64,000 nucleotides of DNA from Camelus dromedarius (lineage: Eukaryota), in assembly GCF_036321535.1 (NCBI RefSeq), contig NC_087437.1, positions 72,542,001-72,606,000 on the forward strand. Direction: 5' to 3'. Position 1 is the stretch's first letter. Every line of letters begins with the position of its first letter. Made by a program: the position numbers and the translations under genes. Positions 12,701-27,700 of the stretch are shown here, piece by piece. The notes below the pieces were generated by a model. The model worked only from the letters and a program-made list of their open reading frames with translations. It was not told the origin of the DNA and ran no database searches.

Positions 12701-15700
12701 TTCATAACAGGGAAAAACAGGAAGAGTTATTGCACTCAGAGTTCCTGCCTTTTCCTACTTGTATGTTAGAAGTTTAAGAACACTGGAAGAAATAATGGAT
12801 TTGCTTTGAGGCTTTTCCCGGCCTAATAAATCCATTTGGCAAAACATTTTACTCATTGAGAGCTATTTTTCCTTCTTAAAAGAGAAAGCAGCTTTTAAAC
12901 TGGGCCTTTTAACTGCAGTTTCCTTCATCATCCGACACCACAGTCAGCCTCCACCTTAAAGGAGGTGCTGGACTTTCAAAATTGTTACCAAGGCCAACTC
13001 CATACCTAGAATGGATGTGACCTAGAGGGTCATTTATGAAACTCTCCTCCCAAGTTCACACTGATCCCTACAGAGAATAAATCTTTCTACTTGGCATATC
13101 TGGATACAATGGCTCTCTTTCAGCCATGGGAATGAGACTAGGTATGAAGGAATCTAAATCTTGTCAGCATTCTTAGCAGTGCCCTCCTCAGCAGTGGACA
13201 TTTATGAATAAGGGTTCATAAAGGGATTCTTTCTCCTTCATATTACTACAGCTCTAGGATTTCCTTCCCCAAATTTAGCCTGATTTTTTTGATGTGGCTG
13301 CTGCTACTCTTTTTTGGTGGCCATTCTTTAGTTTGGTTTTGTTCTTGCCCTCCACATATTCTGTTGGAGTTGACCCTTCAGGCTTTCCTGACCCCAGGAC
13401 CCACTCTCACCCATGATTCAAACTTTGCTCCACTGTTGCGCACCCTGTAAAGGTGGGAAGGCCTTTCTCACCCATGGCATGCCTGATTCCAGCCATCGAG
13501 GCTGTCAAGGCCTCAGGCTTCCTGGTTTTCTGGGAAGGGCATCATAATGACTGTAGAAAGCAATTTGGCAAAATATAGCCATATCAATAAAGGATCAACT
13601 ATCCTTTAGTGTAGTGATTCCACTTCTGGGTCCTAAGGAAGTAATCAGAGAAATACAAAAATTTCTATACAGAATATACACTGTAGAATGGCTTCTCAGG
13701 AAAAACTGGGAACAGTGAACCGGCCAACATTAAGGAACCAGTCAGGTTGGTTTGGCAGGTCAAGGCGGTACAGGAGATTCACTCAGCTAGGACCCAGAGG
13801 CATTCCTTTTTCTGTATCCCTTGTGTGTATCATGTTAGACCTAGAATATGAATTCCACGAGTTTAGAGACTTTCTACTTCTTGTTCAGTACTGTTTTTCT
13901 AAAATGCATTATACAGTTTGGCACTGAATAAATACATATGCCTTAGTGGGGACTGGAAAAAAGCTCTTAAACTAAACTGAGCAAATTTTACAAGCTTAAG
14001 TGTGGCTTCTAACATTTGAAAAGAAACTCTCTCAATTTAGGAATAAGAAAATACCCTACATCTATTCTGAAGGCTATGAGCTATTTTTAAAGATAATGAA
14101 AAAGAAAAGTTTGACCCAGATTATCACTTAAAATTAAGAACAAGTAAATTCTATTAATTGTTTTCTATTTACTCTCTTTTCTTGCAGACTATAGCATCAT
14201 GACTAAAATTTGGTCATATTTTCTAGCAAGTTTCTTGTTTGGAATTCTAAGCTCAAAACTGATTCAACTGTGGATGGCTACTGTTTTTGGTGATGACGTC
14301 AATCATATAAGTCTCAGCTTTTCAATTCTGTACTTCATCTTTTTTTTCTGTAAGTGAGGGGACTATGCCTAAAACTAGAAATGACATAGAAAATGTCAAA
14401 ATAAAATGACATAGAAAAATTCAAAATAAAAATGTAGGAAATACATACCAAGCCAAAAAAAAAAAAAAAACGCAACTGATCTAGAAGGAATATTTTTGAA
14501 AATAATGTATCAAAGGAGATAAAAATATTAAGATCTATACAACAGAAAACAATACACCAAGATATATAAAGTAAATTCCAGTATAAAAAATGAGAGAAAT
14601 TTGACAAAACCATAATTACAAGAGATACTTTAGCATGCTTTTCCTAGATAATTTCATAACCAATCAGAGAAAAAAATGATTATGGCTTTAAAAAGATTTA
14701 AACAAAAACTTAGCTTGGTTTATAAGCTGTATAAAGAGTTTTATCTCCCAAAACAGGATGCTTATCCTTTACATAGACTTGTAGATGTTAATAGAAATAA
14801 ATGACCTAGACTAGGAGAACATTTCAATAAAATCCTAAACATTGTTCAACCACAATGCAATTAAATGCTAACTACAAAAGGAGGGTCTTTAAAAATAAAC
14901 ATTCTAATTTCCTGAAATTAAATACTTTTCTTGGTAACTCATAGCTCATAAAGGAAATAAAAATAGAAGTTACAGATCAAGTAAGGCTAAATATTAGAAA
15001 CTCTATCCTAAACATTACTAATCCATTTACCACAACTCCCTTCTCAAGAAGTACAGCAGACATTGATAATTAGCCACATGCCAGTTTCCTGATACAGCCT
15101 CAGAATCACGTTCAACCCAGCTTTTCAGACAGCTCTACAAATGATTTGAGTTTGGTATGTGTGATAGTACCTACTTCTCAACTTACACATGTCTTTCCAT
15201 TATGTTTAAGAATAAGGCAGTGTTGCCTAGCCTCATATCCATGATTATAAATGGTTCTGGAAGTTCTAGCTAGTATGATAAGAAAAAAAGAGAGAAGTTT
15301 ATATATATTTTGAAAGAGAAAATGGTTACATTAATCACAACATTTTAGATTACACAGAAAACCCAAGAGATTAATTAAAAAACTAAGACAGCAAGGCTGT
15401 TTAATAATTTGATATAAGGTAAATACACAAAAAATCAGTAGTATTCTTATAAACCAGCAGTAACTAGTTAGAAAAAATTGATTGTCTTTGTATTGGCAAA
15501 AAGTTACGGAAAAAAAAAATCAAGGAATAAACTTAGCAAAAAATTTGAACCTAAACAGAGTACTACAAAAGTTTTTGGAGAAGTATAAAATTCAAATAAA
15601 TTGAGGCATTTCTCTTTAGAAATGCTAGAGTAAAAAGATTCATTATTTTCATGTCTGAGGAAGGAAAGGCAGAACATGGATTCTCGAAGTTTCCTCACTA

Positions 15701-18700
15701 ATCAGTGGGTTCAAGCCAATTAAAATCTAGTGAGTTTACAGAATCAGGTTAATGAATTAATAGAGAGTGAGAGAATGATTGGTCAGTACGAGTATATTCA
15801 TTATGTCCTACTTTAACTATGTATACCTAAATCTACAAAATATGTATTCCAGCAAAAATAATTTCCTCTAACATCATTAAGTAAGTAAGCATAGTCTCAA
15901 GATTAAGCATTATGCTGAAGGAGAAAATTTTTTTATTTATTTAATTTTTTAAATTGAAGTATAGTTGATTTACAATATTAAATTAGTTTCAGGTGTACAA
16001 CACAGTGATTCAATATTTTTATAGATTATAATCCATTTAAAGTTATTATAAAATAATAACTATATTTTCTTTTGCTGTACTTTATATTTTTGTTGCTTGT
16101 TTATTTTATATATACTAGTTTGTATCTCTTAATCCCTTACCCTTATCTCCAAGAAAGAAATTAAAAAATTTTAGAGTCAAGATGTCTCAATAAACATTTC
16201 AGGAAAGAAAAAAAAAACCTGCCTAGGACAGAATTTCATGAAAACAAGATGAAAGGTAAATATAAATCTAATGTAAAAGAGCTGTAACTCTGACCTGGCT
16301 TAATGTTTATGTTATTAAGATCTTCAAGATAGTCATCATAAATATTTTCCAAATCTCACCATTACCTGACAAGTTACAATGACTAGTCCAGGATCTGATC
16401 TGCTCAAAGCACCCATGTTCACATCTCCCTTTTCTTTCATGATTCAAAAATGACTGACTAAATTGTTCATTTTTAGCTTAGGTATCATTCTTAGCCAGGA
16501 CTAAAATAAAGAATATAAAACTTGTAATTTTCCATATCAAGAAGAAAAGAGTCAGTAATGTGATAATGATATTAATTTCATCAAACTAAGATTATCACAA
16601 TCTGACTCAATGATAGAAATTTGGGGGGATGAAATTTTACAAAATAATTTTAAAAATTCATCTGGAAATATAAACTGTGAGACTATGTGAGACAACTTTT
16701 TAAAAGTGAAGAATTTTCCTACTAGGTAGGTATGAACATTTAATAAGCCTACAGTAATTAAAATACAACTGATGTAACAAAGGAATACATAGTAAACCAA
16801 AGAAACAGACGGGGCACAGAACTGATCCATGTATGACAATTTGATAAACACGGCAATATGATAAAAATGGCATATCCATAATATTCGTTAGCAGTAAAAC
16901 AAAAAATGTTGATTTATTAACTTGAACAATTTCTGGTAAACATTAAAAGAAAAAAAGAACACTGTTAGAGAACTGTGGTACTGTAAAATCCCTTTGAGTT
17001 TTTTTATGAGTGACTTTGAGTATATGTATGTTGAATATGTGCTGCTGTGAGTGTTCACTGGGTATCCACTCCTCTCAAAGATCTTGATCCAGTTATCTTA
17101 AATTTCCAATTCTATAGCCTATGAAAACCCAAAGATATCTCCTCATAACTTTCTGAAAATTTCTGGGGTATTCTTCCTTATAATCTCTGCTACCCACTCT
17201 TAAATATATAGAAGTTTCTGGTACCTAATGAACTTTACTGAAGATGCAGACAAGGGAAGCTCACAGGGAAAGTTACATTGTGTAGCTCACGGTTCTATGA
17301 GATCTATCAGCTCCTCACTTTTCCATGTTTCCTGCTTGATTTTTACCACTTGCCTCCAATATAGAAATTCAGCAAGCAACCTTTCATGCTTGAAGCTGCC
17401 TGTGGGTTGCATTCTCTATTCTCAAGTAACTTATCAAATTATTTTTTCTAGGTGAATGTAGTCCTCTCCTCAATAGAAATTTCAATCAAAATTGTCCTTA
17501 AGTCTTGGCAGTGGAATTATGGTGTTCCCTCTTCCCAAAAAACTATGTAATCTCTATACTATACCATGTTATTTGAATTTTTCACAGTGATAATATACTA
17601 CTTTCATAAGCTACTGTCAGAATTATTTTCCCCCTCTAGCTCATGAATGCTAAGAGAATATTTGAGAATATTCTACAGTTTTTTTTTACACTTTTCAGTC
17701 CCCCACAGTAAATATACCAAGCCAAAATTAAACTGGAGAGGTCGATCCATACTGGGTTTCTGCTGGCTCCACTCCCTTAGTCCTGCCACGAAATCAAACC
17801 ATTTCTATCTCCTGCTGTCTCCCAAGAAGAAAATGTGAAGCTCTCTAATCTGTAGAGAGCTCATCATCTCACTTCCATTTAATTCATCCAGATCCCGTCT
17901 TAAAAAAGATTAGACCTAACCTCACTAGGGAACATGAAGAATTTTGTGAGTTCCACACTATTGCCAATGATCAGAAACCAAAGCAGTGCAAGGATGTCCA
18001 GTGTAGACTTTTCTACATAGTTGGGTATGAATCTGAGAAGGACGAAGGACATTGGGTGGTGGTAATAATATGCAATATTATCCAGTTCAAACCAAGTGGG
18101 AGAGCCTCTCTATAAAGTCACTGTACTGTCAGGTATCTGATGTTTTCGTCTCTGGTAAAATTTGTGCTACTGCTGATATTGAATTAATACTTTATATTTA
18201 CTTCTTCTAAAAAAATAGGTGAACTAGTTGGAATGTCTGGAATATTTACCCTCGCCATTATGGGCCTATTTTTAAATTCTACAAGTTTTAAACCAGGAGT
18301 TGAAGCACCCCTTCTCGAGTGAGTGGCTAGCATTATTTTCACTTTGTTTCTCACATTAGAAGTTATACTGTTGTAATAGTAACTGTATCTACATCCGCAT
18401 GGTCAAAGTAAGATACAGACTTGAAAACCAGACAACTAAAACACTCTCTAAAAACTCTATTGCCTGTGCCTTCTAAACCTCTAATGTTAGGGAAAATTTG
18501 TAACGTCACCTTGAGTTCATGTTGACTTTATTTCACCACTAATTCCCTAAGTCTTTGATCATATTACTCAGTAAAGTTCAATGTAATTCCTTAGACAGGG
18601 CCAGGATTAAGATAAGGCAAGTGAGGCCCTCATCTCAGGCACAAAATTTAAGAGGGTGCCAAAAACCTCAGCAGCCAAGATAAATAATATTTTAAAATTG

Positions 18701-21700
18701 AAATGAATGCAAAAAAATCCATAGTGAAAAGTACAAAATTTTAAAATAAAGAATGTTTTAAGGACACTGAAGAGAACATGCAAAGTCAATTAAAAGATTA
18801 AGCTCAGGCATTTTATAAGATTGTCAGTGTTATAACAGAAAATAGAAAAGTATGAACTGTGCCCCACTCAGCTGAGGGATGAGTGGAATCTGTGTCAGTC
18901 TTGAAGAAGGATGCATTCTGTAATGTTCCAATACATGCGATGGGAGTTTGGTCTCAATCACACAATGGTAACATATGTGTTAACAGAGGCCCTGAACATA
19001 ATCAATGATTTTTTGGAGTTTGGGAGGACATTATGGAAGATGAAGTGAGTTCAGAAGTCAGAAGCTTAAAAATACAGGATTTTATAGGATTTGAGAGCAC
19101 TCCACACACACACATACACTAGTACATGTACACATCTATTAAATGGGTTTGGAGCTTAGTTGTTCGGCTCATACCCACTCTCAGTTTGATGGGCATTGCT
19201 TCCTTAGAGAATCTGGTTTCCTTTTGTTGGGTTTTCTCCCATTACTTTCTACCATATAGGAAAGGTCTTGACAACTCCTCAATCATTGTTGCCTAATTGA
19301 TTTGATTACATTTTGTGTTAATGAACAAGACTGGGATTTTTGGTATTTGGAGGCATTTTTCAGTGTGTTAAGGATAAAAATTTAATTATGTAATTGTTAC
19401 ATGAATAGTGAAGTATGCCAGTGGGTCATAGTCACCACTCAACTGACCAAATTATCCTGCTCAATATTTCCTAGTGATTTTATCAATTACATGGGTAGGT
19501 TGGCATACTGCTTTGAAGAATATTATTTTTGGTGCCTATGTAGGTGATGTAACAATTGGATCTGCTTTTGATAGTATGGTCAAAAGAAGGTTAAAAAATG
19601 CAGGAATCACACAATTGTCATAAAATATGTCTTAGTGTGTTTCCCTTCAAGTTAATGTTGTATACAATACTTAAATCCAGAAAATAACAGAATTAAAACT
19701 ATGGCTATATAAATACAAGAAAGGGATGATAGTTCATGGCCTAGAGTAATTAGCCTAAGTTGAGTCATAGAAAAAATATTTTTAAAAATTTGATTTAATG
19801 TTTCCTAGGCTAGAATGTTTTATATTGAAATGTTCTTTGATAATGCCTTGGTATTTGTGTTTCAGGGACAGAATCTGGCAGCATATGGGTAAAACCAAGC
19901 TATTTGCCTCTCATAAAATGATATTCATGTGCCTTTTTAATCTTTTCAATTATTTTGCTGTAAATATAATGTTGACATTAAAGACATGAAATACATAGAA
20001 AGGTAACAAGAAGTAAATTTTAAATAGCTATGGTCTCAACACCCCAAAATGACACATATTGGTGTCTGAATGTACTTTTTTAAACTGCTTTGCCTGCAGC
20101 TAGTGAGAACATGAGCTTTGGGAATAATGAAGTCTTCCTGGGCTCTGGAGTACTTGAGTAAGCGCAGGCTCAGAAATCACAAAAGGAGAATCTACAAAGG
20201 GCACATTCTTGTGAATAAAAGAGTCATTCACATCCTCTAAGTGCTAGCTAGATTTTAGGCAAAGGCTTAATTCTGACACTATGTAAATCAGACTAGCAGT
20301 TCAGAATTCCCTTTCAAAATGTTTGATTGTAGCTCTTCCTAATGATACAAGGACTTCACAATCAGTATTTTTGAGCTATGTGAGCCATGGTACCCGAATG
20401 AGCTTAGTCGAATACCATGGCTACAACCTAACATGTCTTTCAAGGTCAATCCAAAAAGAAAGATACTAATTTACATTCGGTGTAAACTGGTTAAAATTGC
20501 TTTAGAATTATTTGTTTACTTGCCTTAGTGCTCCTTTCTCCCTAGTTAAATTATAAGCCCCTTGAGTGTTGATGAATGCCTTATTCACCTTTATTTTCTT
20601 CATAATGCCTAGCACAATGCCTCCCATAGATAAGCCTTGTGTTAAATGTTAGATTAATTAACTATATTTACTTTTTTTTCTGAAAACGCAGGTTCTGGAA
20701 TTGTCTATCATTTGTTGCTTTTCTTATGGTGTTTACTTTCGTTGGACTTCTAATTCCTGCACATACATATTTATATGTATCATTTTCTGATGTGTATTAT
20801 TCATTAAATGTCTACTTAACACTTATGGTTTTCAGGTAAGAATGTCATTTGAATTTTTCTATTTATAGAACATAAACTAAGCCTAAAGATATTGTTTAAA
20901 TAACAGAAATATTTCCTTCCTTAGAATGAAAAATTCACTCTTAAGCTTCAAGGAATCATCTGCAAATTAGTGCTTAGTCCCCCCCCCCCCCCCCAGTTTT
21001 TAACTACATTTCAAACAATGCAAACACTTTGAAAAGTTTTTGAAAATTAGAAAAAAGAGAAAAAAATCTTTCATTATATTATTTCCCAGAGGCACCCATT
21101 ATTAACATTTCGGATATTTTAGCCAGTGGTTTTTTTTTTTTTTTTATTCTATGAGGTTTCATGAAGTTAAATACCTATCACAAATAAAAATTTTATCTTG
21201 TTTTGTTTTCTTAATATTATATAGCAAATAATTTCCTATTAGTAAATTATAGTTGGAAATAGCTTTTTAGATATTGTAAGGAAGTCCTCCATATAAATAT
21301 CTTTTTTGCCTAATAAATTTTGTAGTCCCTTTCTAGTATTAAGAGGCAGAAAGCAGTCTGCCCAAGTAACTGAAAAGGACATAACATAGAAGAGGAAAAC
21401 CACCATAACAATCCTTTCATCCCCATCACCCAAAATGCTAACATTCTGCCTCTAGCGGGGAAAATTAGTTGGGAGTCGGCATCAAGTCAGCTAGTGCCAA
21501 GTACATGGAAATTAGTTCCAAATTATCAGAAACAATTACTGTGAAATATAAGAATGATATGTGACTGAAAAAAGAAATAGAAACGAATTAACCAATACCA
21601 GACAGATTCAGTAAGATTAAAATCTACAAAGAAAGAAAAAGTGAGGACATTATTTTGTGACTTCTTATTTATTAGATTTGTTTTTATTTGTTTGGGGGAA

Positions 21701-24700
21701 TCTAAGATAGAGTATATTTACAAAACATCTCCAGTATGAAGAAGCATCATTCAAGGGCAGTGTGGAATCACCCTACTACTTACCTGACAGAAAGAAAGAA
21801 AGAAAGAGAATAATGCCATTCTCTTGGTGTGTCTGTCTCTGTGTGGAACGCCCTTCTGCCTTCCTCGGGTGCCATGCTGACGGTGTGTGAGAGATGGCTT
21901 ATTTGTCTAAGAGTTGGCAGTTCCACGGGGGATAGATTGATCTAGTGTAGAATGGAATGGAAAGAAATTTCTATGACAAGAATAACTTTTTAAAATTTGT
22001 TTTGTCTTTTAGACTTCTGGTCTTTCTATTAATAAGCCCTCTTTTGTCTCGACTTGGTCATGGTTTCAGCTGGCGCTGGGCATTCATAATGGTCTGGAGT
22101 GAAATGAAAGGGACTCCCAACATAAACATGGCCCTTCTGATTGCCTACTCTGAATCTTCTCTTGGATCTGAGAGGGAAAAATCTCAAGTAAAGGAAGTTG
22201 TTTTTTTTTTTAATTTGAATATTTTATAAAAATTGTTTCTATGTACTAAAATATGCTTTTGTCATGAGATTTCTCAACCCCATTGGGGCTGTGGGAGTGG
22301 ATTACCCACGATGAGAAAACTGGGATGAGAAGGAACAACCGACAACCTTCCTCTTCTCCATTCTAGTTCAGGGATCCCTGAATGCCTCCATGACACTCCA
22401 AAACATAGGTTTATTGTGAAAGTCAAGGCATTAAACCTTATAAATCATTTTATAATTTCCTCATTCCAAAACAGACTTAATAATACTACCAATGGCTTGC
22501 TAGTAAATATTTAACAAGTAACTTTCTTGGAGAGGGAGACCCTAATTGGTAGTGTTTGCCAGTTTCTGTTGTGTAATCACTTTCATCAACAGAACATCAG
22601 TCCACTCATACACTTCCTGAAAATTTAATGATCAGCCCTCAGAAACTGATAAGAGCCAGGTCTGTCTGGCTATCTCACTGTCTCCACTATCTCAAAGGGT
22701 CATTATGAGAAGCTGAAAATATACATAAAATGATGCACACATTGTTTAGCATATAGGAAATGTACAAAATATCTGAGCGATGATGATGATGATGATAATG
22801 ATGCCATGCTGACCTGCTTTGAAATAAAACTTTAGTAAATAAAATCATTTAGAGAGATTACCTAGAATAGCAGTAACAATTTTGAAAAAGAAGAACAAAG
22901 TTGTAGGATTTATCTTATCTGAGATCAGGACTTATTATAAAAATATGGTAATTAAGTTGGTATAATATTGGCATAAAATAGATAAATGGAATATAATAAA
23001 GAGTCCAGAAAAGACTCACAGTTATACAATCAGTTGATTTTTGATGATTGTCAAAGCAGTTCAGTAGGGGAAAGGATAATCATTTTGACAAATGGTTTTG
23101 AACAATCCTGAAAATGGTGGACATTCATTTAGAAAAAAAAGAAAAGAAAACTTCTGTTTTTACCTCACACCATATGTAAAACTGATTCCAGGTGGATCAT
23201 AGACTTAAATATAAAATCAAAACCTCTAAAACTTCTGGAAGAAAACCTAAGAGAACACCTTTGAGAACTTGGAATTGACAAAGGGTTTTTAGAACAACAA
23301 CCACCAAAAAAACCACAACAACAATTGGAGGTCAAAAACAAAACAAAACAAAACAATTGGAGGTCATTAACACTAAAAATATTTGCTTATCAAAAGATAG
23401 CTTACAGAAATTGATAAGGTAAGTCACAAACTGGGAGGAAATGTCTATAATATATATATATGACAATGTACTTTATCCAGAATATATTTTTCAAAATTCC
23501 TACAATTTTATAATAAAAGAAAAACAACCCAATTTTTTTAAGTAGGCAAAAGAGCTGAATAGATGTTTCAAAAAAAAAAAAAAGAAAGAAAGATATATAC
23601 CGCTAGGCACTACATCATTAAAATGCTCAACATCATTACTCTAGGGAAATGCAAATTAAAACTACAATGAGAAACCTAATATTTAATTTATGTGAAAGTT
23701 TTAAAATTGGCAATTCTCATCTATAGAAATAAATATAAGAACAGTGGTTGCTTCTCATTGCATGAGAGATTGACTGGGAAGCAGCACTAGAGAAATTTGG
23801 AGGGATATGGGAATAGTCTACATCTTGATAGAACTGAGGGTTATGTGGGTGTATGCACTGTCAAAACATCAAGTGAAACACAAGTACATTTCAATGTGTG
23901 TAGATTATAGCTCGATTTTTCTAATTACCACTGCTTGGGCTGCAGCCTTGAAGAGTTAAATCAGAGCATTCAGTGGGAGCGTCCTGGGCATCAACTTTTT
24001 AAAGTTTCTTGAATGATCCTAGTGTGCAACCTTGAGAGCCTCTGGTGTCGTTTCATGCTCTATTTGTAATCCCCATCTGTGGCCAGAGAACAGAGGACTG
24101 GCTAGGAGTCTAACATAAGTTCTGAAACTTAGAATTCCATAAGTTAATGGAAATATGTAGTATCAGATTGAAAAGTGGTTTTCAACCTGTCTGTGGAGGC
24201 CTGCTTGAGATTAAAGTGGAGAAAAATAATCCAGGGGCACAAAAGACATCAGTTGCTCCTCCCTGCTGGCAATGAAGGATGCCAGAGAGAAAAAGTATGA
24301 GGTGGAGCAAATGTATCAAGGCCTTTGAGTTCTCTTTTCCTAGGTGGGGAGAATTATTTGATACAAATGTGCTGGTAACATTGAGCAGAGAACCGTGTGG
24401 CTACGTACATGGAGGTGTGTATGTCAGATAAGAATTGATAAAGTACAGGTATATTTCCAGGGCCCAAGAAGTGCAGTAATGGAATTTAAGAACAAGTTTT
24501 TTTTTTTTTTTCCCCTAATGTCTCTATAAGTATATCAGTACTTGTCAAACCATGTGTCTTGACTTTTGGTTTGGTTTTAAAAACATGAATGCAGTACACA
24601 CAGGAAGAAAGTGAGTCCCCAGAGTACTTTCGTCATGTCTGATACCCAATTCTCTTCTGCCCTGAGCACCTACTGACATAGTACAACCTAGCTTAAGTTA

Positions 24701-27700
24701 CATTGGTAAATACAGAGTGCATTATATGAAACTGTCATGAACACTTATTTGTATTTTTTTTCAATTCCAGATATTATTTCATGGAGTGTCAGTATGCTTA
24801 ATTGGCATGATTATCAATAGATTTATTTTGCCAATGGCAGTTAGTGAACTAGGTAAGCCCTGCTAATTCCTACTCTGAGTGAAGAGGAAAATATTCCAAA
24901 TATGCTAAAGAATTGCTAATAATGAAGAAAGAAGCCATATAAATACGAATCAACGGTGTCTGATTGAAGAGGAAACTGGAATGGAATGGAATGTCATTTG
25001 AATTGTTTGGGCCAATAAGCTTGTTTATTTTTAAAGATTACTTATTTATATTAGTCCAGTTTAAGTAAAATAATACAATAAGTTTATTTGATTATTTAAC
25101 AAACTTTTATTAAGAGCCTCCTATAGTGCCAGGCATTATTCTAACAATGATGCATTATGCAGACAGACAAAATTTCTGAGTTGATGGAGCTTACATTGGA
25201 GAGAGGAGAAAAAGACAGTAAGCAAGTCAAAATAAAGTAATATCAGTGAATCATTTGTGCATCAAAGTAAACAAAGCACATAAAACTAAAATAGAAAACA
25301 CAACAGGTAGTAGATTCCTGAGGAAGTCAGAAAGCGAGTGTGTTCAAGGACAGAGGGTGAGGTGTTGGAACCTTCGAGAACAATGCCGACAGAGGAGGAT
25401 GGCTGGTGGAAGAGGTAGGGAAGGAGTTAGATAAGGAAAGCCCTTGAATTTTGAGATTTTATTCTAAGAGCAAAAGGAATTACTTGGCTGGTTTTAAGCA
25501 AGTTAGTATAATTTTATGAATAAGGTCTTAAAAACGACAGCTCTAGTTCTGTGGATAGCTGATTGGCTTTGAAGAGAATAGAAGCAGAAATACCAGTTTT
25601 ATTGACTCTGAGGATGCAAAACAACGGATATGAAGAGCCAACTGTAAATTTATATACAGATTTTCAACTTCGTGGAGTGTTGGCACCCTTGACTCCTGTG
25701 TTGTTTGAGAGTCAACTGTATATATCTGGAGATAAATAAATATATACCATAAATACTTGTCATATGTATGATCTTACATATAGGTAGGAAATATATGTAT
25801 ATGTGTACACATACTCTGTGTACACATATATGTGTATCTATACCTCCTACATATGTATCTCCTTCACATCTATGTGTATATATGTACATATATTCTGTGT
25901 TTACACAAACACAGGATATATGTACATATACATATAGATGTGTAGGAGATACTTTGTAGGAGGTATGGCTATACATGTATACATATATAAAAACCCTAAT
26001 ATATGTAAATGTACATATATTCTCCCTCTCTTATCTCTATACATATATATATATATGTATGTATTGAAAGAGATTTATTATGAGGAACTAGCTCACGTGA
26101 TTATAGAAGCTAAGAAGTCCCAAGATCTTCAGTCCAAAGGCCTGAGAACCATGAAAGCCGACAGGGTGGGTTCCAGTCCCAGTCTGAAGGCAGAAGAGGA
26201 CCAGTGTCCCAGCTCAAAGACCATCAGGCAGAGAGAGTGAATTTTCTTTTGCTCAGCCTTTTATTCTTCTGCTTAGGCCTCCAGTGAATTGGGTGAGGCT
26301 GCCCACATTGTGGAGGGCAGTCTCCTTTTCTCAGACCACCAATCTAAATCCAGAAATACTGTCACAGACACAGTCAGAATCATGTTTACCCAAATAGCTT
26401 TTACTATTATCATTATGTACCTCAGCTTTTGTGAGACAGAGTATGAAAGTATGAAATTGTTAGTATTCCCATTATCAAACAATATGAGTCTTTAACTTAA
26501 AAAAACACTAGTGACAATAAGAACTAAAGGCAGCTTATTAATTCGTATCAAAATGATGGTGTTTTTACTATTTATAAAGTGTGCTCCTTGTATCAAAGGT
26601 CTTCGTGATGTCACATCAACAAGATGTAAGTCACTGTATTACACATTTCAACATTTTCAAGAGCTAACCAAATCTGCAGCCTCGGCACTCAAATTTGACA
26701 AAGACCTTGCCAATGCAGACTGGAACATAGTGGAGGAAGCAATTATACTTCAAAACCCATATGCGGTAAGCAAGTAACACCTTTTGTTTATTCCTTCAAG
26801 GTGGATATGATTGCTTTTAAATAAGTATAAATGTTATACTTATTAATTCACAGCTTTTAGGGAATTTTGTGATCACTGTGGGACACAGTAGAGGGGACAG
26901 CTCCTTTTGAGTGTATAGCAAATATATATTGTAATTTCAAAAGAAGGAGCAGTGTATTGGAGCTGCCTTTAAAAGAAAAAGAAGAGACTGAGCCTTGGAA
27001 AATGGCTAGTTTTTTTGTTTGTTTTTTTTTTACTAGATTGAGGGTGGACAACATTTATTCAGCATTTATTTAGGCTATTATACAGTATATAATACACTTA
27101 CATATGTAAGTACTTGCTAGCTTATAGTTAATATCATTTTTAATATAAAACAGGATCCAAACCAATATCGTAAGATAGTATGTGGTGAAACATCACCTCC
27201 TGCTTCTGAGATATGCTGTAGAATCTCCGTGGTCAGATTTCTTATTCATTTCTGAGTACGTAACTCATCAGTGGTCATGATTGCCTAGGGGGAAATAATA
27301 AAAGTTGTTCTGGGATCTGCTCAATGCTTCTTCTGGTTTGCCATCTCCTATATCACATCCAGTTTTCACTGCAATGTTTCTGCATCACACAACATGAGGG
27401 GTCAACTTCTAGGAGTGTAGATATAATTGGTTGCTATGGAATAGGATTTCCAACAATCCATTTTATATCCTTTAAAAGGTACCTGAAGCTCCAGATGGGG
27501 GCCCAGAATGAAACCCTTTACCTGACAGGAATACTGCCAAGATTTCTGGATAAGAACACCAAGTCAAGTCTATGGACTTTAGAGTAGCTCCCAGCATCTG
27601 ATGGTGGCCTTTTGCTAACCTGGCTGCATCAGAATCACCTGCAAAGCTTATTAAAAATACAGATTGATTTCCCAACCTCTACCCAGGAGATTCTGATGCA

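Noticed and set aside
14379..14430. Direct duplication of about 25 bp (aaatgacatagaaaa...caaaata)
   Set aside because: Simple slippage duplication in A-rich intronic sequence
25650..26240. Several Tyr/Ile/Cys/His-rich ORFs (also 32961-33186)
   Set aside because: Translations of TA/CA low-complexity repeats
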